Of a DNA stretch of 64,000 nt, positions 9,537 to 19,411 are shown piece by piece. How positions within the stretch are numbered: position 1 is the stretch's first letter; the number at the start of each line of letters is the position of its first letter. The stretch spans positions 128,001 through 192,000 of the forward strand of contig CAWDPO010000003.1 in assembly GCA_963804165.1 (NCBI GenBank), in the 5' to 3' direction. The position numbers and the translations under genes were made by a program. The notes under the pieces were generated by a model. The model was not told where the DNA came from and made no database searches. It worked only from the letters and a program-made list of their open reading frames with translations. The stretch comes from an uncultured delta proteobacterium. Lineage in GTDB: Bacteria; Desulfobacterota; Binatia; UBA9968.

Positions 9537-11390
9537 ATGGCTCAAGCCGTTGCCCGCGCTGCCGAATACGAATATATCGTCGTAGGTTCAGGCGCGGGCG
9601 GCGGCACGCTTGCCGCGCGGCTGGCCGAGAGCGGTTGTTCCGTCTTGCTGCTCGAGGCCGGCGGCGATCCTCTGCAGACGAGCGGCGAGAGGCTACCCGA
9701 AGACTACCAAGTTCCGGCCTTCCACGCCTTCGCGTCGGAAAATCCCGCGTTGAGGTGGGATTTTTTCGTGCGCCATTACACGGACGAGGGCAGACAAAAA
9801 AGCGATTACAAGTACACGCCGGAACGAGGCGGCGTGCTTTATCCCAGAGCGGGCGCGCTCGGCGGCTGCACCGCGCACAACGCGATGATCCTGATTTACC
9901 CGAACAACATGGACTGGGACTACATCGCGGAGCTCACGGGCGACGAGTCGTGGCGCGGGGCCAAAATGCGCCGCTATTTTGAGCGTCTCGAAAATTGCCG
10001 CCATCGGCCAATCTATCGATGGCTGCGAAAGCTCACCGGCATCAACCTTACGCGGCACGGCTTTGACGGTTGGTTGTCGACCGAGCGGACCCGTCCGCCG
10101 CGAGAAGCGCTCCGCGATCGCGATATGATGAACGTGATCGAACGCTCGGCATTCGGCGCCATGGCGGCGCTGGAACATCCACTCCGGCGGCTCCTCTGGT
10201 TCTTTCGCGCCAAGGGCGATCCCAACGACTGGCGGCTCGTGCGGCGCAACGCGTTCGGCATCCGCTACGTGCCCCTGACGACCGCAGCTCACGCGCGCAT
10301 GGGTAGCCGGGAACGGCTGTTGGAAGTTGCGCGCGCATGTCCCCACAAATTACACATCGAACTCGACGCGCTGGCGAGCCGAGTTATCTTTGATGGTCAT
10401 CGCGCCGTCGGCGTCGAGTATCTCAAGGGCGGAAATCTCTATCGCGCACACGCCCAACCGAGCGAAAGTGCGGGTGAGCTACGCGAAGCGCGAGCGTCCA
10501 GGGAAGTGATCCTTTGCGGTGGCGCGTTCAACACGCCGCAATTGCTGATGCTTTCGGGTATCGGTCCCAAGAGCGAGCTCGCGCGACACGGCATCGAAGC
10601 ACGCATCGATTTGCCGGGGGTTGGCACGAATCTCCAGGATCGCTACGAAGTGAGCGTCGTCAACCGCATGAAAGATGACTGGGAGTTTATGGCAGGCGCG
10701 GAGTTCGAAAAAGGCGATAGGCAATTCGATCAATGGGCGAGCTCTCGCCAGGGCGTCTACGCGACCAACGGCGGCATGTTCGCCGTCGTAAAAAAGTCTC
10801 AAAAGGATCGTCCCGTGCCCGATCTGTTTTTGCTAAGCTTGCTGACGCGGTTCGAAGGCTACTTTCCGGGCTACTCAAATCTGATTTCCGGCCACCGCGA
10901 TTACCTTAGCTGGATAGTTTTGAAGGCGCACACGCGCAACGTCGCCGGCACGGTGCGCCTGAAATCCGCCGATCCGCGCGATCCGCCGGAGATCAATTTC
11001 CGCTACTTCGAAGAAGGAAGCGATCGGGAAGATGACGATCTAAACGCGGTGGTCGACGGCATCAAATTCATACGCGCCATCAGCGCGGACCTCAAAAATG
11101 AAAAATTGATCGTCAAGGAAGAACTGCCGGGAGATCTTTTTCAAACCGACGAACAGTTGAAAAACTTCGTGCGCGATAACGCGTGGGGGCATCACGCGTC
11201 GTGCTCCTGTCCGATCGGTCCTAAAGAAAAGGGGGGAGTCTTGGGCGGCGATTTTCGCGTCCACGGAACACAAGGGTTGCGAGTCGTCGACGCGTCGGTG
11301 TTCCCGCGGATTCCAGGTTACTTCATCGTCAGCGCGGTTTACATGATCGGTGAAAAAGCCGCGGACGTGATCCTCGCCGATGCCAGGTAA
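9537..11390 (+). CDS. GMC family FAD oxidoreductase
   Basis: VVGSGAGGG FAD motif, PRAGALGGCTAHNAMI, GGAFNTPQLLMLSGIG, WGHHASC, GLRVVDASVFP. Confidence 0.92.
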   Translation: MAQAVARAAEYEYIVVGSGAGGGTLAARLAESGCSVLLLEAGGDPLQTSGERLPEDYQVPAFHAFASENPALRWDFFVRHYTDEGRQKSDYKYTPERGGVLYPRAGALGGCTAHNAMILIYPNNMDWDYIAELTGDESWRGAKMRRYFERLENCRHRPIYRWLRKLTGINLTRHGFDGWLSTERTRPPREALRDRDMMNVIERSAFGAMAALEHPLRRLLWFFRAKGDPNDWRLVRRNAFGIRYVPLTTAAHARMGSRERLLEVARACPHKLHIELDALASRVIFDGHRAVGVEYLKGGNLYRAHAQPSESAGELREARASREVILCGGAFNTPQLLMLSGIGPKSELARHGIEARIDLPGVGTNLQDRYEVSVVNRMKDDWEFMAGAEFEKGDRQFDQWASSRQGVYATNGGMFAVVKKSQKDRPVPDLFLLSLLTRFEGYFPGYSNLISGHRDYLSWIVLKAHTRNVAGTVRLKSADPRDPPEINFRYFEEGSDREDDDLNAVVDGIKFIRAISADLKNEKLIVKEELPGDLFQTDEQLKNFVRDNAWGHHASCSCPIGPKEKGGVLGGDFRVHGTQGLRVVDASVFPRIPGYFIVSAVYMIGEKAADVILADAR

Positions 11391-11424
11391 TTGAAGCAAC
11401 AAGAGGGTCGCTTAGTCCAAGGGG

Positions 11425-14238
11425 CTACTTTGTGGATCTACCAGCCTTGAATGTCGGGTCGCTTTCGGCGCCCGGGCGTGGTTGCCATTGCAGCGAATAG
11501 TATTCGCCCCGGTCGCGCGCCCAGGGATCGAAAACGTTGACCACAGAATCAAGCTCGGCGCGCAGCTCCGGCATGGTTCGTAAGAGCACTCGCTTCAACG
11601 GCGACACTTCGATTTCGTGACCATTGGATTTCACTTTCTCCATGACCTTACCGTTGGGACCGTTGTCGTTGACCCACTTCACGCCAAAATCGGTATAAAA
11701 CGCCGGCCGAAAGCTCGAGGTTAGGAAACGGTCGCTAAACAGCCGTCGGGAAGCGTTGAGAATGAAAACCTGAAATTGCGTTTCCGAGATAGCAAAACCA
11801 TGGGGCCGCACGAACTCGGCGAGCCAACCGACGACCGCGTCCACATCTTCGATATTATCGACGATGCTGCCATCGGGCCGGCCCAGACAATCGTTGATCG
11901 CCTTGCCGTCGTCGTTTTTCTGCGACGTGGTAATTATCTTTGCGGCGTCGCACCGATGTTGCCCGTAGATCTCCCGCAGCAGCGCGACAACTCTCTGTTC
12001 CTCGACGCGCTCGGGTGAATTTAACGGCAGCCGCGAGTCGACGAAGTCGTCGAAACCGGTTAGTTGTTTGAGGCCGTATTGGCGGCGATATTCGTTGTAG
12101 CGCGGGATGCCGCGCTCCCGGTCACGAATGATATCCAAAGCCAAGACGTCGACTTTGCCCGTCGTGGTTTTTAGGCGCGGTAAACTTAGATTCTGCAAAA
12201 ACAGCGGATGGTTTTGCAACGACAGCTTACCGGCGCGCTGGCGTCCCATGGACAGCGCCCAATTGGCGATCCCGTGGCGGCGCATCGCCTGGGTCGCCTT
12301 GCCGAATACGGTGTTGACGACCGGAACTTTCCCCCTGATTGAGTTCGGATCGCCGTCCAGCTCGCGCAACTCGATCAAATCCGGAACCATCGGATGCAGC
12401 CGATAGGCGTTGACAAATTCCTCGGGGAAACTAAATGGCACACCGAAATGATTGACGCCGCCAGCGATGTCAGGCCTATCGCTGCCGAGAGCGAAAATCC
12501 CCGGGCCGGCGGCAAACGCCGAATACCAGTCGGTCGATCGTTTGCCGTGTGCCGATGCGGCAAATCGTTGAATCACTTTTGCCAGGGCGGCGCTGACGAG
12601 CGGATGATTTTGCAAAAGGCCGGACCAGTTGGCGTTCATCGCTAGATAAAGCGGCTCGTTGTACAGCAGCTGCGTTGTCCACTCGATCGTGTGAATCTTG
12701 GCGATCTCGGCGGAGACCACAAGGCGCGCGATTCCAAACAATTCATCAGAGCGGATGTCTTTGTATTTGATCGCCCGGTCGGGTGCATCGGGGTTTCGTA
12801 AACCGGAGTCCGATTCCGGATCGAAAGCGGCTTTGCGGCGAAATGCGTCGACAAAGAGATTATGCTCGCGGGCAAAGACATTATGAAAAAAACTCAAGCC
12901 GATGTTCCAATTATCCGGAAACGCCACGGTTTCTTGACCGGCCCATTGGGGGTTATGCGGATCAGACTTTCGCAAAACCGGCAGGTAGCCAGGTTGTTTC
13001 GGCGTGTCGGCGCCATTCGCTTCGAGCAGAAGCTTTGCCGGGTCGCGAGGATCGCGTTTGACGCGGCGGCGCGAAGTCTCGTCATACCCGTATACCTGCG
13101 AGGCGTCCCACCAGGCGGTAACTTTATTCAGCGTCGTTTTGGGAGCGCGGGATAAGTGCCGCTTACTACCGATTGTGAATGTCGGGGCGGGCGCATCCCC
13201 GCCGGTAAGACTTCGATCAATTCGATCCTCCGGCCGGCAGCCGACCTGTTTAGTGTCGTTTGCGCTCGACGCTCTTGTGCCGCCGTCGAGAAGTTGCGCG
13301 CCGCATCCCGTTGCGATCATCACTGCGTCGTTCTGTCCTTCCTGGAGATGGGAAAACCAGTCATGAGTCATGAATTGAATCCAAAAGGCGGCCAAGACGT
13401 TTAAATGCGTCGCCTTCTGGTAGTCGCAGTTGGTTTGTTGGGTTGAACCGTCCGTTACGCCTATACCGTCATTGCAGTTCGCTGAGGGCGACTGTGCGCG
13501 CGTGAAGAGTTTTCGACTGATCACCTGGGGATCAGGCCGCAACAAGCCGAGACGATCGCCGTGGCGGTTTTTTACGATTTCGTCCTCGCCCAGCTCCGGG
13601 AAAGTCGCTTCGAATTCGGTGTTGCGGCTGAAGGGTTGATCCACCGAGCCCATGAGAGGATTGACGATATCGTTACAGATGCCGGTCAGCGTGCGGAAAC
13701 GGATGAATTCGCCGGCGCACTTTTGCGCGCCTTCGCCGCCGACGGCGGCGAAATCTGGATGGTCCTTCGGGAGTCGCAGTTGCGGCCAGCTCTTTTGAAG
13801 ATCGCCTGCGGCGGTCTCTTGGCTCCGGACATAGTTCTCGTAGGTACCGCTGTTGTCGAAAAGATTGAACTTGAGCAGCTCGATGCGCTGGTATTCGATA
13901 TCGAGCAGCGCGCCGTTGATGCCGCGCCGGTTGGGGCTAAGAAAGCCGAACTTAGCAGTTAAGCCAACAGCCCGGCTGGGATCGGCGCCTGCCGCCCAAT
14001 ATCGCGGCCAGTCGAGCCACGGCGTTTCGCGCCAAGAAACCGCGGCTTCACCGCCGCGACAGCGGGCTGTGTCTTCGGAAACCTTTCCTAGAAATCGACC
14101 CGAATGATCCGCGGCGACAACGCGGAAACCGCCGAACGCATAGGCGATGCAGCTGCCGATTCGCGAATGGCGGAGGATCGGATAGGCGCCTAGCAGAACC
14201 GTGATGCTCGCTAAAAGATAGAGTGCAATTTTCTTCAT
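11425..14238 (-). CDS. Peroxidase-cyclooxygenase superfamily haem protein, alpha-dioxygenase-like, probably exported
   Basis: WIQFMTHDW (distal His), WWDASQVYG, REHN, AKIHTIEWT, EEFVNAYRLHP (Tyr plus proximal His), RDRERGIPRYNEYRR; N-terminal signal or TM segment. Confidence 0.88.
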   Translation of the reverse strand: MKKIALYLLASITVLLGAYPILRHSRIGSCIAYAFGGFRVVAADHSGRFLGKVSEDTARCRGGEAAVSWRETPWLDWPRYWAAGADPSRAVGLTAKFGFLSPNRRGINGALLDIEYQRIELLKFNLFDNSGTYENYVRSQETAAGDLQKSWPQLRLPKDHPDFAAVGGEGAQKCAGEFIRFRTLTGICNDIVNPLMGSVDQPFSRNTEFEATFPELGEDEIVKNRHGDRLGLLRPDPQVISRKLFTRAQSPSANCNDGIGVTDGSTQQTNCDYQKATHLNVLAAFWIQFMTHDWFSHLQEGQNDAVMIATGCGAQLLDGGTRASSANDTKQVGCRPEDRIDRSLTGGDAPAPTFTIGSKRHLSRAPKTTLNKVTAWWDASQVYGYDETSRRRVKRDPRDPAKLLLEANGADTPKQPGYLPVLRKSDPHNPQWAGQETVAFPDNWNIGLSFFHNVFAREHNLFVDAFRRKAAFDPESDSGLRNPDAPDRAIKYKDIRSDELFGIARLVVSAEIAKIHTIEWTTQLLYNEPLYLAMNANWSGLLQNHPLVSAALAKVIQRFAASAHGKRSTDWYSAFAAGPGIFALGSDRPDIAGGVNHFGVPFSFPEEFVNAYRLHPMVPDLIELRELDGDPNSIRGKVPVVNTVFGKATQAMRRHGIANWALSMGRQRAGKLSLQNHPLFLQNLSLPRLKTTTGKVDVLALDIIRDRERGIPRYNEYRRQYGLKQLTGFDDFVDSRLPLNSPERVEEQRVVALLREIYGQHRCDAAKIITTSQKNDDGKAINDCLGRPDGSIVDNIEDVDAVVGWLAEFVRPHGFAISETQFQVFILNASRRLFSDRFLTSSFRPAFYTDFGVKWVNDNGPNGKVMEKVKSNGHEIEVSPLKRVLLRTMPELRAELDSVVNVFDPWARDRGEYYSLQWQPRPGAESDPTFKAGRSTK

Positions 14239-14489
14239 GAATGTTCTACGAAGAGGCCCCATCCCGTCGAAGTACGGTCGTTACGCGACGACTTTCGTCT
14301 CGAATTGACGATGCAGTATGCGGGGAAAAGTAGCAATTAGTCAATTTGACTGTAGACAATGCGCACTCTGACTCAGCGATCTTGGAAAATCGCGCGATCT
14401 CGAATTGCCCTTCAGAGCCAAACTCTGTATAGCTCAACTGATCAATTCAGCGATCAGCTCTGTAACGACGAAATCATTACTCTTCACAG

Positions 14490-15368
14490 ATGACTTCCAT
14501 TCCGGCTGAGTTTTACGCGCTGGCCAACGCGTTTCTTTTCGCGTTACACAACATGTTCACGAAAAAGGCGCTGCGCTACTCTAATCCCGCGACCGCGGTG
14601 ATCAGCAGCCTGTTAATCAACATCATTTTCCTTTGGAGCGTATCGATTTTGTTCGTGCCGTTGTCGTCGCTGACCAGCGCTTCGATCCTTATTTTCGTCG
14701 TCGTCGGATTTTTTCAGCCGGGGCTGACCCGTTTGCTCAGCTACAAGGGCATCGATGCGCTCGGCGTGGCGATCACCGATCCGATCCGCGCCACGACACC
14801 GCTGTTCAGCGCGGCGATGGCAATAATTTTTCTTGGCGAGAAAATCACCATAGCGATCGTCGTCGCCACCTTGATGATCATCGCCGGTATCACGCTCTTA
14901 TCGTGGCGCAGCGGGTCGATGAGACTCGCCGGCTCCGCAGTCTTTCTCTGGTACCCGATCGTCGCCTCGGCGCTCGCCGGCGCGACACAAGTCGTGCGCA
15001 AGTTCGGCTTGGCCGCGGTGCCGCACCCACTTCTCGCCGCCGCGGTGACTGCGACTTCATCGTTCATAGTTTCAATCCTCACGCTTTGGTACGTCGAGAA
15101 GAGCCAACAAACCTGGAAGATGAACCGGCAGTGTTTTTGGTGGTTTCTCGCGGCCGGAGTGACGATCAGTCTCGGCATGACCTGCATCTACTACGCCCTC
15201 GATCTCGGGCAAGTCTCCGTCGTGATTCCCATCAGTAGCACCGGCCCGTTCTTCTCGTTAATCTTGGCCGCGATCTTCTTGCGTGACGTCGAACGGGTCA
15301 CGTTGAGAATTGTGATCAGCGCGGCGATGATTGTCGGCGGAGTCGTGCTGTTAACGCTTTGGAAGTAA
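14490..15368 (+). CDS. DMT/EamA family transporter
   Basis: About 10 TM helices in two repeats (IIFLGEKIT; AIFLRDVERVT). Confidence 0.88.
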   Translation: MTSIPAEFYALANAFLFALHNMFTKKALRYSNPATAVISSLLINIIFLWSVSILFVPLSSLTSASILIFVVVGFFQPGLTRLLSYKGIDALGVAITDPIRATTPLFSAAMAIIFLGEKITIAIVVATLMIIAGITLLSWRSGSMRLAGSAVFLWYPIVASALAGATQVVRKFGLAAVPHPLLAAAVTATSSFIVSILTLWYVEKSQQTWKMNRQCFWWFLAAGVTISLGMTCIYYALDLGQVSVVIPISSTGPFFSLILAAIFLRDVERVTLRIVISAAMIVGGVVLLTLWK

Positions 15369-15472
15369 GCGAGACGCGATCTAATTCGGAGAACCGAGGG
15401 CTCTGCGGCAATTCTTTCCAAAGCCGGCAAAACGCGCTATGAGAAGGCGATGAAAACGGACGAGGTATTGTG

Positions 15473-17809
15473 ATGTCTGACTATTCCGTCGTCGGGCAAT
15501 CGGTCTATCGAACCGACGCCAATCCGAAAGTCACGGGGCGGGCGCTCCATGTCGGCAACATCGAGATGCCGAGCATGCTGCATGTCGCGGTTTTACGCAG
15601 CCCGTATGCGCATGCGCGCATTACGCACATTGAGAAATCCAAGGCTGAAGCGCTGGACGGCGTCGCGGTTGTGCTGACCGGCGCGGAGATCGCGAAGATG
15701 CCGGGAATAGATCCACACTTCGGGCCGGCGTTTCGCGATCAGCCGATTCTCGCCGTGGAAAGAGCTTGCTATATCGGCGACCCGGTGGTGGCCGTCGCGG
15801 CTATCGATCGGCGCACCGCCGAAGACGCACTTCAGCTTATCGAAATCGATTACGAGCCGTTGCCGGGCGTGCATGACGTACTGGAAGCAGCAAATCCGGG
15901 ATCGCCGCTTGTGCATGAACAGCACCGGCCGGCTAAGGCGTTCGCCGATCTCGCGCATGTCAAAGCCGGTCAGCAATCGAACATATGCTATCACTTCAAA
16001 CTCCGCACCGGCGACGTCGACAAGGCCTTTGGCGAAGCGGACCGGATTTTCGAGGATACCTTCAGCTCGCCACCGGCGCAGCACATGCCGATGGAGCCGC
16101 ACGTAACATTAGCTTACGTCGACGAGCATGAGCGCTTGAACATCTGGACGGCGAGCCAATCGCCGTCTTACGTTCGCACGGAAATTTCCACCACCTTCGG
16201 TATTCCCATGAATCGCATTCGTGTACGCGTACCGTACATCGGCGGCGGTTACGGCGCCAAGCTCTACGCCAAGCTCGAACCGCTGGTGACGGTACTGGCG
16301 CTGATCACAAAAAAGCCGGTGCGTTACGCGCTCACGCGCGAAGAAGAATTTCTGACGATCACCAAGCATAAAGTCGTTACGAAAATCAAAACCGCGATCA
16401 AAGACGGCGCGATCACGGCGCGCAAGTGCGAAGTCTACTGGGACACCGGAGCCTACGCCGAAATCGGTCCGCGCATCGGACACAAATCCGGCTACACGTC
16501 AGCCGGGCCCTATCGGATTCCCAATGTGTGGATCGATTCCTATTGCGTGTACACAAACAAAGTCCCGGCGGGCGCCTTCCGCGGTTTCGGCGTGCCGCAA
16601 GTTATTTGGGCTTATGATTCGCAAACCGATTTAATCGCCCGCGCGCTCGGCGTGGACCCGGTGGAGTTTCGTCTTAAGCCGGCGCTGGACGAGGGCGAAC
16701 GCTTCGCTACCGGTACGGTCGTGCGATCTTTCGGAATCAAAGAGGCGATCCGACAGGCCGCGCGGGCGATCGAGTGGAACAAGGCGATGCCGGTGCAAAC
16801 TGGAACAAAGCGTCGCGGCAAAGGCATCGGCGCAGGCGTAAAAGCGGTACTCACGCCGTCTATTTCCGGCGCTATTGTGATACTCAATGCCGACGGCTCG
16901 GCGAACGTGTTGAGCAGCACCGTCGAAATGGGGCAGGGATCGGAGACGACGATGGGACAGATCGTCGCCGAGGAATTGGGCATCGCGCCCGATCGCGTGC
17001 ACATCGTTCAGCCCGACACCGATGTCACGCCTTATGACACGATAACTGCGGGAAGCCGTTCGACCTACCATATGGGAAACGCGGTGCGCATGGCCGCGGG
17101 GAAGATCAAAACGGAGCTATGCGAAGTCGTGGCATCGAAACTCGAAGTCGATCCCGATGATTTGCTACTGCGCAACAGCCGGGTGGTCGTGCGCGGCAAT
17201 GAAGAGCGCGGCATGGCGATCGGCGAAATATTTCTCGCCAAGTTCGGCAGTCTCGGAACAACCCTTGCCGCGGAAGCCGTTTGCCAACCGACGGCGGCGC
17301 ACATGGACCCGGAAACCGGTCAGTCGGAAAAATGCACGGAGTATTGGTTTCCTTCTGCCACCAGCGCGGAAGTCGAGGTCGACACCGAAACAGGGCGGGT
17401 AAAAGTTCTCCAGCTCTTCAGCGTCGGCGACACCGGCACGGCGATCAATCCGCGCCACTGCGAACAGCAACTGCAGGGCGCTGCGATTATGCATCTCGGT
17501 CTCACGATGTTCGAGGAAATGATCTTCGACGAGGGTCAGCTCACCAACGGATCGCTGCTCGACTACCAGGTCGCGTCGATCAAAGACATGCCGGAGTCGA
17601 TACAGTCAATCGTCGTCGAAGTACCGCACGAAGACGGGCCGTTCGGCGCAAAAGGAGTGGGCGAGACGGGCGCCCTAACAGTCGCCCCGGCGATCGCCAA
17701 CGCGATTCACGAAGCCGTCGGCGTGCGCATCCGCGATCTGCCGATCACACCGGAAAAAGTGTTGCGGGCGTTGGTAGAGCGAGAAGAAAATGCGAATGTA
17801 GGCCGTTGA
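15473..17809 (+). CDS. Xanthine dehydrogenase family molybdopterin-binding large subunit
   Basis: LRSPYAHARI, GGGYGAK, AFRGFGVPQ, EMGQGS, GAKGVGE, DLPITPEKV. Confidence 0.92.
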   Translation: MSDYSVVGQSVYRTDANPKVTGRALHVGNIEMPSMLHVAVLRSPYAHARITHIEKSKAEALDGVAVVLTGAEIAKMPGIDPHFGPAFRDQPILAVERACYIGDPVVAVAAIDRRTAEDALQLIEIDYEPLPGVHDVLEAANPGSPLVHEQHRPAKAFADLAHVKAGQQSNICYHFKLRTGDVDKAFGEADRIFEDTFSSPPAQHMPMEPHVTLAYVDEHERLNIWTASQSPSYVRTEISTTFGIPMNRIRVRVPYIGGGYGAKLYAKLEPLVTVLALITKKPVRYALTREEEFLTITKHKVVTKIKTAIKDGAITARKCEVYWDTGAYAEIGPRIGHKSGYTSAGPYRIPNVWIDSYCVYTNKVPAGAFRGFGVPQVIWAYDSQTDLIARALGVDPVEFRLKPALDEGERFATGTVVRSFGIKEAIRQAARAIEWNKAMPVQTGTKRRGKGIGAGVKAVLTPSISGAIVILNADGSANVLSSTVEMGQGSETTMGQIVAEELGIAPDRVHIVQPDTDVTPYDTITAGSRSTYHMGNAVRMAAGKIKTELCEVVASKLEVDPDDLLLRNSRVVVRGNEERGMAIGEIFLAKFGSLGTTLAAEAVCQPTAAHMDPETGQSEKCTEYWFPSATSAEVEVDTETGRVKVLQLFSVGDTGTAINPRHCEQQLQGAAIMHLGLTMFEEMIFDEGQLTNGSLLDYQVASIKDMPESIQSIVVEVPHEDGPFGAKGVGETGALTVAPAIANAIHEAVGVRIRDLPITPEKVLRALVEREENANVGR

Positions 17810-17851
17810 CGGCCATCCGCGGTTGTCTGGAAACCATGGATCAAGTTCTAC

Positions 17852-18361
17852 TTATGGCCCCTTTAAGGCGCGCTTTTTCATCTCGTCAATATTGATGTTC
17901 GGCATACCGGGCATTACGATATCACCCGGTTTCTGTCCCGCTTTGCACGGACCTAGCCATTTTGCTTCGATCACCGATGAGGACTCCTTCATCCCCGATA
18001 CCGGCGGCTCATAGGTGCTCTTTATGTCGCCCTTATACGCGGAGTCGAACCGGCCCGTGAAGACGGCGCGGGTCGTCGCCGTGCTGTTTTCCACTTTGCA
18101 CACTGATTCGGCGATGACTTTATCTCCTTCTTTGCGCATCTCATTTTTAGTGCACTGGGGTTTTTGATTGTCGCCGAGGTCTTTTTTCATGAGGTCGTCG
18201 GTCTTCTCGTCGATACACTGTTGCATCGCATGACTGCCTTTGGTTTGGCCGCTCGAAATCTTGATCTCCCACAGGCCGGACTTGCGCTTGGGCGGATCGA
18301 AGGATGCGGCGGCAGCAGCGTTGGCGGCAAAAAGGACGAGGAGCAGGGCAAAATATCTCAT
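17852..18361 (-). CDS. DUF3617-like exported protein
   Basis: Signal peptide, RKSGLWEI, conserved cysteines, AKWLGPCKAGQKPGD. Confidence 0.8.
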   Translation of the reverse strand: MRYFALLLVLFAANAAAAASFDPPKRKSGLWEIKISSGQTKGSHAMQQCIDEKTDDLMKKDLGDNQKPQCTKNEMRKEGDKVIAESVCKVENSTATTRAVFTGRFDSAYKGDIKSTYEPPVSGMKESSSVIEAKWLGPCKAGQKPGDIVMPGMPNINIDEMKKRALKGP

Positions 18362-18405
18362 CTGGATCTCCTTTAGAGAATTTTTCAATCGGTTCCGGAC
18401 GCGAT

Positions 18406-19386
18406 TTAGATCGCCGCCGGCGAATCGAGTTCGAAGCCGAGGTCCGCAATCATTTGATGCGCATCGGAGGCTTCTTGTCCCGGCGTAGTTAAGTAGCCGT
18501 TCACGAAGATCGAATTTGCCGGGTAGAGGCTCATCGGTTGGAGCGAACGCAGATTCACTTCTCTGCCGCCGGCGACGCGGATCTCCTTATTCGGATTCAC
18601 GAAGCGAAAGAGACAGAGCGTTTTTAGACACCGTTGCGGCGTAAGTTCTCGCTTGCTTTCGAAAGGCGTCGTCGGAATTGAATTCAAAAAGTTCACCGGG
18701 ATCGAGTCGATGTCCATGGCGCGGAGCGTCAACGCGAGATCGATGATGTCCTCGTCGCTTTCGCCCATGCCGATGATGCCGCCGGAGCAGGTGCCGATGC
18801 CGGCGTGTTTGACGTTCTCGATGGTCGCGACGCGGTCGTCATAGGTGTGCGTCGTGACGATTTCCGGGTGGTGAGCGCGGCTGGTATTCAAATTATGATT
18901 CACTCGGCCGACTCCGGCAGCTTTAAGTTTCTCGGTCTTGTCTTGGTTCATGAGACCGAGCGAGCAGCAAACGTTCATGCCGGTTTCTTTGCGGATCTCG
19001 CGTACGGCGTCGGCGATTTCGTCGATCTCTTTGTTCGTCGGGCCGCGGCCGCTGTTGACGATGCAGTATCGCACTGCGCCTGCGGCCTTTGCCGCTTTCG
19101 CGCCCTCAATGAGTTTTTCCTTGGACATGAACGGATAGCGGTCAATCGGCGCTTCGGAAACGGAGGATTGGGAGCAATAGTGACAGTCTTCCGGACAGAG
19201 GCCGCTTTTGGCGTTCTGCAGGACGTGGATTTGCACGCGCTTACCGTAGTAGTGGCGGCGCACTTTGAATGCTGCGCTCACCAACTCCGGCAGCTCGTCG
19301 TCCGTCGCGTCCAATACTGCTCTTAATTCATCTCGTTCAGGAATAATGCCTTGAAGCGCTTTGTTGGCCAACTGGTAAAAATCCAT
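18406..19386 (-). CDS. bioB: Biotin synthase (radical SAM)
   Basis: CPEDCHYCSQS, CCSLG, NHNLNTS, CSGGIIGMGE, SIPVNFL, RVAGGRE, YLTT; RBS GGAGG before ATG 19386. Confidence 0.95.
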   Translation of the reverse strand: MDFYQLANKALQGIIPERDELRAVLDATDDELPELVSAAFKVRRHYYGKRVQIHVLQNAKSGLCPEDCHYCSQSSVSEAPIDRYPFMSKEKLIEGAKAAKAAGAVRYCIVNSGRGPTNKEIDEIADAVREIRKETGMNVCCSLGLMNQDKTEKLKAAGVGRVNHNLNTSRAHHPEIVTTHTYDDRVATIENVKHAGIGTCSGGIIGMGESDEDIIDLALTLRAMDIDSIPVNFLNSIPTTPFESKRELTPQRCLKTLCLFRFVNPNKEIRVAGGREVNLRSLQPMSLYPANSIFVNGYLTTPGQEASDAHQMIADLGFELDSPAAI

Positions 19387-19411
19387 TCCATCCTCCGAAG
19401 TCAGACCGGTT

